A stretch of DNA of 64,000 bases from an uncultured bacterium (GTDB lineage Bacteria > Armatimonadota > HRBIN16): NCBI GenBank assembly GCA_964650005.1, contig CAZYPZ010000002.1, positions 138,286-202,285 of the forward strand, in the 5' to 3' direction. The notes below the pieces were generated by a model, which made no database searches, was not told where the DNA came from, and was given only the letters and a program-made list of their open reading frames with translations. The stretch's first letter is position 1. Every line of letters begins with the position of its first letter. Made by a program: the position numbers and the translations under genes. Shown here piece after piece: positions 9,245 to 17,882 of this stretch.

Positions 9245-10393
9245 ATGAAGATCACCCGCTTACGCCTGGTCAGTTTTCGTAATTACCGAGAACTGGACGT
9301 CCATCCATCCGATGGTTTGAATGTATTGGTCGGTCCCAATGGTCATGGTAAGACCAATCTGTTGGAGTCCCTTTATGTGCTGGCGTCTGCTCGTGGCCTG
9401 CGAACTTCACGCGATCAGGAGATGATCGCGCACGGAGAGCCCGAAACGCGAATAACCGCGCATGTCCAAGATGCGTCCGATCTCACGCAGGAATTGAGTG
9501 TGGCGATTTACCGCGGAAGTCGCCGAAAGCAATTGAACGTGGATGGCAAAGACAGGCCCACGGCGGAGTTTCTCGGGCGCCTGCGTGTGGTCAGCTTCAC
9601 CGTTCACGATCTGGAAACGGTGCGTGGTGAACCGGGGTACCGGCGTCGTTTCATGGACACCTCCATCTGCATGTTCAGTCCCCGGTATGCAAGACACCTT
9701 TCCGCTTATCGGCATGCGTTGGAACAACGCAACCATCTGCTTCGGCAGATCCGGGAGTCGGGCGGGCGAGCCACCGAGGCGCAACTGTCGCTGCTGGATG
9801 TCATGGACGATCAACTCGCGACATCCGGGGCCGAGGTCTGTCGGGGAAGAGCCTGGTTCATCGAGCATCTCAGTGCGCCGGCCTGCCAGGCGATGCATGA
9901 CTTGACAGATGGTCAGGAGACGTTGCAATTGCGCTACCAGCCGGCTTTGGATGGCGAATTGCACAACGACCTGAACGCCATTCGCGCCACGCTGTTGAAA
10001 GGTTGGCAGGAACGGCGCGCGCAGGAGTGTCAGCGTGGAGCGACGCTAACCGGTCCCCATCTGGATGACATCGTGCTGGAACTGGACGGCATGAACAGCC
10101 GGCTGTACGCCAGCCAGGGACAGCAGCGCAGTATCAGCCTCAGCCTGAAGCGAGGCGAGTATGAACTGCTTCGACACGCAAATGACGAGCCGCCTGTGGT
10201 GCTTCTGGATGATGTGCTCTCGGACCTGGACAGTGTGCGGAGAACCCGGCTGCTGGAGATGAACCTGAGCGGTGTGCAGGCTTTTTTGACCTGTACCGCC
10301 GCGGAGGCGCTGCCTGAACAGATGATGCGCCAGGCGGCCGTGTGGCGTGTTCATAACGGTGCGATGGAGCTGGAGAGCCATGCCAGATTTTGA
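9245..10393 (+). CDS. recF: DNA replication/repair protein RecF
   Basis: MKITRLRLVSFRNY, GPNGHGKTNLLE (Walker A), GPHLDD, ASQGQQR, LLDDVLSDLD. Alternative GTG start at 9218. Confidence 0.95.
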   Translation: MKITRLRLVSFRNYRELDVHPSDGLNVLVGPNGHGKTNLLESLYVLASARGLRTSRDQEMIAHGEPETRITAHVQDASDLTQELSVAIYRGSRRKQLNVDGKDRPTAEFLGRLRVVSFTVHDLETVRGEPGYRRRFMDTSICMFSPRYARHLSAYRHALEQRNHLLRQIRESGGRATEAQLSLLDVMDDQLATSGAEVCRGRAWFIEHLSAPACQAMHDLTDGQETLQLRYQPALDGELHNDLNAIRATLLKGWQERRAQECQRGATLTGPHLDDIVLELDGMNSRLYASQGQQRSISLSLKRGEYELLRHANDEPPVVLLDDVLSDLDSVRRTRLLEMNLSGVQAFLTCTAAEALPEQMMRQAAVWRVHNGAMELESHARF

Positions 10394-10982
10394 AGCTCCG
10401 CTGCATGCGGATCTGGATAACCTGATGGATCAGTTGTCGGGTGGAAAAAACCGCTACATGCGGGTACTACGGCGTTGGAAGGAGTTGGTGGGACCTGCCA
10501 TCCACGAGGCTGCCTATCCGGAGCGGTACGAAAACGGGAAGCTGACGATCTGTGTGTGCAACAGCATCTGGATGCAGGAACTGATGTTGATGCGCACCCA
10601 GTTGCTGGACGTGCTGAACAGTGCAGCGGGCGATGATGTGTTCTGGGAGCTGGTATTTCGTGTCCGTTCCAAACGACGATCGCATCCGGAGAGTCCATCC
10701 ACTGTCAAACGGACGCACGCATTAAGGCTCCCACCGGCTACCGTCAGCGCTCAGCGTGCCGTGGCCAAACGGTGCGCCGAGATCAAGGACGAGGGACTGC
10801 GGGAGCTGATGCAGCGTGTGATGCTGACCCACACTCGTTTGGAAGCGGCGCGGCGGAAAGCTGGATGGAAACCCTGTCCCCGTTGCGGCGTGAGTTACCC
10901 CGGATATGGAACCTGTTGCACATTCTGCGAAGCTGATGCATCAGTCTGTGACCCGGCCGAACGCGGCGGCCCCGGAAGCTGA
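10380..10982 (+). CDS. DUF721/DciA-family protein with C-terminal Zn ribbon
   Basis: RWKELVGPAIHEAAYP...GKLTICVCNSIWMQEL and C-terminal CPRCG..CTFC; overlaps the recF stop, the usual position for this family. Confidence 0.75.
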   Translation: MPDFEAPLHADLDNLMDQLSGGKNRYMRVLRRWKELVGPAIHEAAYPERYENGKLTICVCNSIWMQELMLMRTQLLDVLNSAAGDDVFWELVFRVRSKRRSHPESPSTVKRTHALRLPPATVSAQRAVAKRCAEIKDEGLRELMQRVMLTHTRLEAARRKAGWKPCPRCGVSYPGYGTCCTFCEADASVCDPAERGGPGS

Positions 10983-12013
10983 GGCTCCAGCCAGCTCCAG
11001 AACCGGTCTTCTATCTCCATCTCGATTTCCAGCGCATACACCGGCAACCGCAGACTCTTGATCGTGCTTTCATCAAGCTTGACAGCGTCTTTGACGGTGA
11101 TCACCAACGCTTCGGCATGACGCGCGTCATGGTCGTTACAGATCTCCTGCAGCTGCTCCTGGCGCATGGGAGTGTGATCGGGAAGCCGTAAAGACAGGTT
11201 CATCTGCGCACCGCACTCGGACAGGGTGCGCTCAAACTGGCGGGGACGCGCCACCGCGCAGGCGGTCACGATATTCCGCTGGCGCAGCCAGGTGACCGGC
11301 AGACGCTCTCCGGATAGGATGTTGAGCAGCGCAGTCGGCATACGCTTGCTGACAAACAGCGGCCTGTCGGGTATGTGATGAGAGACCAGACCTTCCGTGA
11401 TATTGTCATCCAGCAGCAACGCCGAGGCCCGAAACAGACTTGAGACCGGTTCACGTAAATGACCCGATGGCGCCGGCCAGCCGTTACCGAACGGACGCCT
11501 GGCGTTCAGCATCACCAGATCGACATCGCGCGCCAGTTGCCAGTACTGAAATCCATCATCCAACAACAGCACATCGCAGTCGAAATGCTCGATGGCATAT
11601 CGGGCTGTACGCCGGCGGTCTTTCCCGACCAGTACGGGAACGCCTGGCAGCGACTGGGCCATCAGGTACGGTTCGTCACCGGCCTGAGCCACAGTGGCCA
11701 GCAGACGCTGACCATCGGATACGACGCCGCCTCGTCTGCTCATCTGTCCCCGGTATCCCCTGCTGAGTATCGCAACTCTGTGACCGCGCTGTTGCAGGTA
11801 CTTGGCGAGGGTGATCGTGGTGGGGGTCTTGGCCGCTCCGCCAAAGGCGATATTACCCACCGAGATCACAAACGCGTCACAATGATACTGTCTGGGAAGA
11901 CGCCATTTGAGGTATATGTTCAGCGCGGCCGAATAGAGCAGGCTAAGCGGCTTCATCGCCCGCTGGGCGGGCGTCATCACGTCCAGTTGATGAATTCGGT
12001 ATAGCATGCACAA
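10895..12013 (-). CDS. lpxK: Tetraacyldisaccharide 4'-kinase
   Basis: VISVGNIAFGGAAKTP, AILSRGYRG, GDEPYLMA, LLDDGFQ, PDH, VITVKDAVKL. Confidence 0.9.
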   Translation of the reverse strand: MCMLYRIHQLDVMTPAQRAMKPLSLLYSAALNIYLKWRLPRQYHCDAFVISVGNIAFGGAAKTPTTITLAKYLQQRGHRVAILSRGYRGQMSRRGGVVSDGQRLLATVAQAGDEPYLMAQSLPGVPVLVGKDRRRTARYAIEHFDCDVLLLDDGFQYWQLARDVDLVMLNARRPFGNGWPAPSGHLREPVSSLFRASALLLDDNITEGLVSHHIPDRPLFVSKRMPTALLNILSGERLPVTWLRQRNIVTACAVARPRQFERTLSECGAQMNLSLRLPDHTPMRQEQLQEICNDHDARHAEALVITVKDAVKLDESTIKSLRLPVYALEIEMEIEDRFWSWLEPQLPGPPRSAGSQTDASASQNVQQVPYPG

Positions 12014-12079
12014 TTGCGCCTTTCATGGTTTACTGGATGGTACAGGGCTGCGCCCGTACCTCCCGGGAGGAATCTGCCG

Positions 12080-12358
12080 ATGAGCGAACAGACATATCCG
12101 CTGACACCAGAGGAGATGGCCGAGAAACTGGCCCGTTGGAACCGGTTCCGATGCACCACACTCTCTCGCCTGAACCATGATGCCCGTTCGCCGTTGACCA
12201 CGATCATGGGCTTTGCCGAACTGCTGTTGGAAGAACCGCTGACCGAAGACCAGCTGCTCTACGCCCAACGCATCCTGGATTCATGTGATCAGATGATCGC
12301 CATCCTGGATGAGTTCCGAACGGCATTGAAGGATTATCCGCCCGAGCCGATGGAGTGA
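12080..12358 (+). CDS. Standalone histidine-kinase dimerisation/phosphoacceptor (HisKA/DHp) domain protein, 92 aa
   Basis: H-box LNHDARSPLTTIMGFAELL followed by a second helix (EDQLLYAQRILDSCDQMIAILDE); GGGAGG RBS; no ATPase domain. Confidence 0.75.
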   Translation: MSEQTYPLTPEEMAEKLARWNRFRCTTLSRLNHDARSPLTTIMGFAELLLEEPLTEDQLLYAQRILDSCDQMIAILDEFRTALKDYPPEPME

Positions 12359-12361
12359 TCG

Positions 12362-12811
12362 TTATGTACCCTCCGCAAGTCGTTTGACGCCGTCCAGGAT
12401 CATCTGGACGTTTTGTTCCAGTTTTTTGTGTATCAGGTTTTTTACCAGAGCGCCCAGCATCGGCACGTTGTATTCATAGTCCATGGTCGAACTGAAACGG
12501 GTCCCTCCGTTCTCGGCAGTGAACTGCCACAGACCGGTCATGCTTTGCATGTCCCCTTTGATCATGGTGAACCGGCAGGTCATCGCGGTCGGATCCCAAA
12601 TATCCTCTTCGGTCCAGACCACTTTCATGTTAAACTCGCGCACCAGTCCGACCCATTCGGTGATGGTGCGGAGTCCGTCTTCGCTGCGCTCCAATATGCG
12701 CACCGACTGCAGATCGGCCATGATGGACGGGAACTGCTCCACGTTCCGTACAACATTCCAGACGATATCCGGGGCCTTATCGATCCATACTGATTGCTCG
12801 ATTCGCGCCAT
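12362..12811 (-). CDS. SRPBCC/START-fold (polyketide cyclase/dehydrase-like) protein
   Basis: IEQSVWIDKAPDIVWNVVRNVEQFPSIM...CRFTMIKGDMQSMTGLWQF pattern; 149 aa. Confidence 0.8.
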   Translation of the reverse strand: MARIEQSVWIDKAPDIVWNVVRNVEQFPSIMADLQSVRILERSEDGLRTITEWVGLVREFNMKVVWTEEDIWDPTAMTCRFTMIKGDMQSMTGLWQFTAENGGTRFSSTMDYEYNVPMLGALVKNLIHKKLEQNVQMILDGVKRLAEGT

Positions 12812-12838
12812 ATTTTTAGTCTCCTGATAAAAATAGCA

Positions 12839-14278
12839 TCAGTAACTGCGGGCAAACACGACCTGCGTACTGGTGGGGCGGCCGGTCAGCACGCAAGATC
12901 CTGAACCTCCCGGCTGGTCAAACGGGATCACCCGGATCGTGGCTTTGGTTTCATTTTGGATCCGCTGTTCATCCTGTGCGTCTCCATCCCACCAGGCCAA
13001 CGCAAAGCCGGTTTGTACGGCCTCCCGCAGTTCTTCGTAGTTCGTCACGGTCTGTGTATGCTCCAGTCGGAACCGCAACGCTTTCTCATACAGCGCTGTC
13101 TGGATCTCCTGCAGCAGGTCACACACTGTTTGGGTCAATCCTTCCTGAGGGACAAACCGTTTCCCGTCGCGGCCGGGTACGTCACGGCGGGCCACCGCGG
13201 CGGAGCGCTTCTGCACATCTTTGGGGCCGATCTCGACGCGCACCGGCACACCCTTCATCTCCCATTCGTTGAACTTGAAACCCGGAGTCAGTTGATCGCG
13301 GTCATCCACGTGATAACGGATGATTCCTTTCCAAGGAGCGGTAATGCAGGCGATGGCCTGCTGAACAGCTGCGCGCTCTTCGGGTGTCTTGTAGATGGGC
13401 ACAACGACCACCTGAGTGGGCGCCACCGCAGGCGGAAGCACCAATCCCTCATCATCGGAGTGCGCCATGATCAATGCGCCGATCAGCCGCGTGGACACGC
13501 CCCACGATGCGGTGGATGCATACTCGATGGTGTTATCCGGTGTGGTGAACTTGATATCGAACGCCTTGGCGAAGTTCTGGCCCATGTTGTGGGTGGTTCC
13601 CGCCTGGAGGGCGCGGCCGTCCTGCATCATCGCTTCGATCGCATAGGTGGCCAAAGCACCTGCGAACTTTTCGTTATCGGTTTTGCGCCCTTTGATCACC
13701 GGGATGGCCAACACTTTTTCCACGAAATCGGCATAGACTTCATGCAGGATGAGCAACGCTTCCTTTTCGGCCTCTTCGGTGGTCGCGTGCGCGGTGTGGC
13801 CTTCCTGCCACAGGAACTCGGTGGTGCGCAGGAACGGACGCGTACGCATCTCCCAGCGGACGACATTGGCCCACTGGTTGATCAGGATCGGCAAGTCGCG
13901 CCAGGATTTGACCCATTTCGAAAAGCTGTGTCCGATAATCGCTTCGGATGTCGGGCGAACCACCAGCGGTTCGGCAAGCTCTTCGCCTCCACCTCGTGTG
14001 ACCACTGCGACTTCCGGAGCAAAGCCTTCCACATGCTCCGCTTCCTTGGTGAGAAAGCTCATCGGGATAAACAGCGGGAAGTAGGCATTCTGATGGCCGG
14101 TCGCCTTGATCCGGGCATCCAGTTCACGCTGGATCGCTTCCCAGATGGCATAACCGGTGGGTCGGATCACCATGCAGCCGCGGACGGCGCTATAGTCAGC
14201 CAGTTCGGCCTGACTGACGATATCGAGATACCACTGTGAATAGTCGGTGGCGCGAGGTGTGATTTCAGTTTTTGGCAT
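12839..14278 (-). CDS. proS: Proline--tRNA ligase, archaeal/eukaryote-like type
   Basis: DYSQWY, VRPTSE, NQWANVVRWE, FLRTTEFLWQEGHT, QAGTTHNMGQNFAKAF, SWGVSTR, C-terminal VFARSY. GGAGG RBS before ATG 14278. Confidence 0.95.
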   Translation of the reverse strand: MPKTEITPRATDYSQWYLDIVSQAELADYSAVRGCMVIRPTGYAIWEAIQRELDARIKATGHQNAYFPLFIPMSFLTKEAEHVEGFAPEVAVVTRGGGEELAEPLVVRPTSEAIIGHSFSKWVKSWRDLPILINQWANVVRWEMRTRPFLRTTEFLWQEGHTAHATTEEAEKEALLILHEVYADFVEKVLAIPVIKGRKTDNEKFAGALATYAIEAMMQDGRALQAGTTHNMGQNFAKAFDIKFTTPDNTIEYASTASWGVSTRLIGALIMAHSDDEGLVLPPAVAPTQVVVVPIYKTPEERAAVQQAIACITAPWKGIIRYHVDDRDQLTPGFKFNEWEMKGVPVRVEIGPKDVQKRSAAVARRDVPGRDGKRFVPQEGLTQTVCDLLQEIQTALYEKALRFRLEHTQTVTNYEELREAVQTGFALAWWDGDAQDEQRIQNETKATIRVIPFDQPGGSGSCVLTGRPTSTQVVFARSY

Positions 14279-14365
14279 GCAATCCCTCCAGGGACAAAGC
14301 GACGGGCTGAGACGCGTGGGTCCATTCCATTGTAACCCACCACCTACACGGCGTGTCACCACAGC

Positions 14366-14411
14366 AACAGGCCTGTCTGATACGCTCGCTGTATCAGACA
14401 GGCCTGTTTTT
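14366..14411. terminator. Perfect 18-bp hairpin downstream of the efflux operon
   Basis: AACAGGCCTGTCTGATAC-gctcgct-GTATCAGACAGGCCTGTT followed by TTT on the plus strand; lies between the RND gene end and a TACAAT -10 (minus, 14329-14334) for proS. Confidence 0.7.
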
Positions 14412-14467
14412 CCGGAGATCGGAATACCGATCAGCGCAGCTTCAGACCGAATCGATCGGTCGATATG

Positions 14468-17400
14468 TCAGACCGTGCGGGACTGGCGTTTCCGTTTGCC
14501 GAGTCCCCCCAGCCAGTTGGTCAGGTCATCGAAGATGGTGTATACGCAGGGAACCACCAGCAGGGTCAGCAATGTGGACAGAAGCAGTCCACCGATGACC
14601 GCGATGCCCAGCGGAGCGCGGAACTCCGATCCGCGTCCCAGCGCCAGTGCTGTGGGCAGTGTACCCATCACCATAGCGAACGTGGTCATCAGGATCGGTC
14701 GGAGACGAGTCGGGCCCGCCTCCAGGATGGCCGCCGTCCGATCGTGTCCGCGTCCGCGCAGCGTGTTCGTATAGTCCACCATCAGGATGGCGTTCTTGGT
14801 GACCAGTCCCATCAGCATGATGATACCGATCATCGCCACAATGTTGAGCGCGCTGCCGCCGACGATCAGGGCGATCAACGCGCCCACCATGGCCATCGGT
14901 AGCGACAGCATGATGGTCAGCGGCATGAGCAGCGACTCGAACAGGGCCGCCATCAGGATGTAGACCAGCACGATGGCCAGCATCAGCGCTTGCCCCATGT
15001 AACGGCCCTCTTCGGCCATCAACTGGTTTTCGCCTTCCCAGTTCATGCGGATGCCTGGAGGTGGGATCTGGGCTTTGGCGAGCGCTTCTTCGATGGGCCG
15101 CTGCATGTTACCGGTGGAATACCCATCCAGCAGATAGGCGGTGACGGTGACCATGCGTTCGCGGTTTTTCCGGTCGATTTTTGTCGGTCCGGCGGTCATA
15201 CGCACCGTCGCGACATCGCGGAGAAGCACCGGACGCGTCGCCACATATCCGACCACCAGGTTTTCCACCTGCTGCAGGTTGTCGCGTTGCGCTTCGGTCA
15301 GTTGGACGCGGATGTCGTACTCCTTACCGGCATCGCGGTACTTGGTATCCGTATTGCCCTGCACCTGTGTGCGCAGCGCGCTGGCAACCTGGGCCACAGA
15401 CAGACCCACCAAGGCGGCTTTTTCCGGATCGACGCTTACCTGCAGTTCCGGTTTTCCCAATTTCCATGAGAGGTCCGGGTCGACAATACCGGGTATACCG
15501 GCCAGAATGGTTTTCACCCGGGCGGTCACTTTAGAGAGCTGAGCCGAGTTGGGTCCGCTGAATTCCAGCTGGATGGGGGCTCCGCCACCGCCCGCACCGC
15601 TTGACTCGGCGTTGACGATAATCTTGGCTCCTGGTATTTGACCGATACGCGATCGCATCTCCGATACGATCTCCACATCGCGTCTTGTACGCAGGTGTTC
15701 CTTGTGCTTGCCGAATTTGAACCAGCCGGTGATGCCGTCGATCAGCGCCTGCTTTTCCACCAGCGTGATAGCGATTTCACCGTACTGCGATCCGGAGCCA
15801 CCCACATAGCTGCTGCCGGTCTGGCTTCCGACGCTGGTGGTGACATATTCGATTTCGTCGCGTACGGTGGGCGTGGTCTCGATGATCTTTTCGATACGCC
15901 GCATGACGCGGTCGGTGGCGGCTAAAGAGGTGCCGGCAGGCATCTCGACGGAGATCTTGACGCTGCCCTGGTCCTGCACAGGGAAGAAGCCAAACGGCAG
16001 CAGCTCCGGCATAAAAGACCCCGCCGCTCCAACGGCAGCCAGCACCGCACCGACGCCAATGGTGGAGAAACCGGCGCGGATCAGTGGAACACGGTGCCGC
16101 TTCCACAAGGCGCTGATCAGGAAGAACAGCACCGAGAACGCGGCCACTGTGGCCCCGAAACTCAGCGCAGCGGTGACAAACGATGGCCCGGCCAGTGAGC
16201 CGAAGATCAGCAGGAAGATGGCGATCAGCAGCGTGTTACCGATGGTCACCACCATCCAGCGGCGCTCCAAAGCATGGCGCAGGACGCCCCGGTACCACCG
16301 ATCCAAGGCTAGGTATGCGCGTTCGAATCCGCGGCTGAACCGGTCATTTCCGGCATCGGCATGCTCACCCGCCCGGAACCAGCGGGAGGCGAGCATTGGG
16401 GTAAGCGTAAAGGACACCAGCAGTGAGAACAGTGTGGCGGTGGCGACGGTGATACCGAACGCCCGGAAAAACTGCCCCACAATACCGCCCATAAACGCGA
16501 TGGGCACAAACACCACCACATCCACCATGGTGATCGCGATAGCTGCCAGTCCGATCTCCGATCGTCCGTTCAGCGCCGCCTCCGCAGGCTGTTCGCCCAG
16601 TGACAGATGCCGGAAGATGTTCTCCAGCACCACGATCGAGTCATCGACCAGAATGCCGACCGCCAGTGACAGGCCCAGCATGGTCATGGTGTTCAGGGTG
16701 AACCCCATGGCGTTGATGATGATGAACGTGGATACGAACGACGTGGGAATAGCCAGCGAGACGATCAACGTACCGCGGATGTTGTGCAGGAATATGTAAA
16801 CGACCAGCACCGCCAGAATGATCGCCAATGTCAGCGCCATCTGCAGGTCTGCGAGGTTTTCCAGAATGAACTTCGACTGGTCGAATGTGGTAACAAACTC
16901 GATGTCGCGCGGCAGCTCTTTGTCGAGCTTTTCAATTTCGGCTCGCGCAGCGGAGCATACATCCGCTGTATTTGAGTCGGATGTCTTTTGCACCACGACG
17001 GTCAGGCTGTTCTTTCCGTTGATACGTGCAAACTGGGTGCTTTCCTGCACGTTGTCGCTCACGGTGGCGACATCGCTCAACCGATAGGTGCGCGCCACGC
17101 CGTGCTGGTCAATCGCGGTGAGTCGGACGTTGCGGATTTCGTCCAGATTTTGGAACTCCCCGAATACACGCAGAGCGAACTCACGCCGGGGTTCGCGGAT
17201 GCGTCCGGCAGGTATGTTGAGGTTGGCCGCCTGCAGCGCGCCGATGATCTGCTGCACAGTGAGCCCGTAAGCATCCAGACGTCCCTTATCGATCTGAACC
17301 TGGATCTCGCGAACATCCCCGCCCACTACGCTGACCGATGCCGCTCCGGGCACGCGCGCCAAGCGGTTTGCCACCGTCTCTTCGGCGATGAACCTCAGTT

Positions 17401-17851
17401 GCCTGGACGGGCGTTTCCCGAACATACCGAAGTAGATGACAGGACGAGCGTTGATATCGAACTTGCTGATGGTGGGCGCCAAGGCTTCACGGGGGATCCG
17501 GGTGCGTACGCCATCGACTTTTTCGCGCACGTCCGCGGCCGCAACATCGCTGTTGGTGCCCAGCTTGAACTCGATCATGACGATCGAGACGCCTTCCTGA
17601 CTGACAGATGAAACGCTTTTGACGCCGTTGATGCCGTTTACAGCGTCTTCCAGCGGTTTGGTTACCAGGGTTTCGATTTCGCGAGGTCCGGCGCCCGCAT
17701 ATACGGTCGTGATGGTGACGTACGGGAAGTCAACCTTCGGGTTAAGCTCCACCTTCATTTTGGAAATGGAGACCAGACCCATCACGGCCAGTGCGATGAA
17801 CACCATCAGGATGAACACCGGACGGCGAATGGCTGTATTGGTCAACCACAT
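14468..17851 (-). CDS. RND efflux permease (AcrB/HAE1-like)
   Basis: AIRRPVF, ILVDDSIVVLENI, GLVTKNAILMVDY, RLRPILMTT; 1127 aa. Confidence 0.93.
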   Translation of the reverse strand: MWLTNTAIRRPVFILMVFIALAVMGLVSISKMKVELNPKVDFPYVTITTVYAGAGPREIETLVTKPLEDAVNGINGVKSVSSVSQEGVSIVMIEFKLGTNSDVAAADVREKVDGVRTRIPREALAPTISKFDINARPVIYFGMFGKRPSRQLRFIAEETVANRLARVPGAASVSVVGGDVREIQVQIDKGRLDAYGLTVQQIIGALQAANLNIPAGRIREPRREFALRVFGEFQNLDEIRNVRLTAIDQHGVARTYRLSDVATVSDNVQESTQFARINGKNSLTVVVQKTSDSNTADVCSAARAEIEKLDKELPRDIEFVTTFDQSKFILENLADLQMALTLAIILAVLVVYIFLHNIRGTLIVSLAIPTSFVSTFIIINAMGFTLNTMTMLGLSLAVGILVDDSIVVLENIFRHLSLGEQPAEAALNGRSEIGLAAIAITMVDVVVFVPIAFMGGIVGQFFRAFGITVATATLFSLLVSFTLTPMLASRWFRAGEHADAGNDRFSRGFERAYLALDRWYRGVLRHALERRWMVVTIGNTLLIAIFLLIFGSLAGPSFVTAALSFGATVAAFSVLFFLISALWKRHRVPLIRAGFSTIGVGAVLAAVGAAGSFMPELLPFGFFPVQDQGSVKISVEMPAGTSLAATDRVMRRIEKIIETTPTVRDEIEYVTTSVGSQTGSSYVGGSGSQYGEIAITLVEKQALIDGITGWFKFGKHKEHLRTRRDVEIVSEMRSRIGQIPGAKIIVNAESSGAGGGGAPIQLEFSGPNSAQLSKVTARVKTILAGIPGIVDPDLSWKLGKPELQVSVDPEKAALVGLSVAQVASALRTQVQGNTDTKYRDAGKEYDIRVQLTEAQRDNLQQVENLVVGYVATRPVLLRDVATVRMTAGPTKIDRKNRERMVTVTAYLLDGYSTGNMQRPIEEALAKAQIPPPGIRMNWEGENQLMAEEGRYMGQALMLAIVLVYILMAALFESLLMPLTIMLSLPMAMVGALIALIVGGSALNIVAMIGIIMLMGLVTKNAILMVDYTNTLRGRGHDRTAAILEAGPTRLRPILMTTFAMVMGTLPTALALGRGSEFRAPLGIAVIGGLLLSTLLTLLVVPCVYTIFDDLTNWLGGLGKRKRQSRTV

Positions 17852-17882
17852 GGTTGCGTATCCTCTCCTTCGCCTCCGGCGT

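Noticed and set aside
14279-14467. Possible T-box leader upstream of proS
   Set aside because: No T-box GGTGGTACCGCG-type motif or specifier stem; the space is taken by a hairpin and a TACAAT -10 close to the gene.
16321-16330. GTTCGAATCC, a tRNA T-loop-like sequence
   Set aside because: Lies inside the RND coding sequence with no cloverleaf around it.
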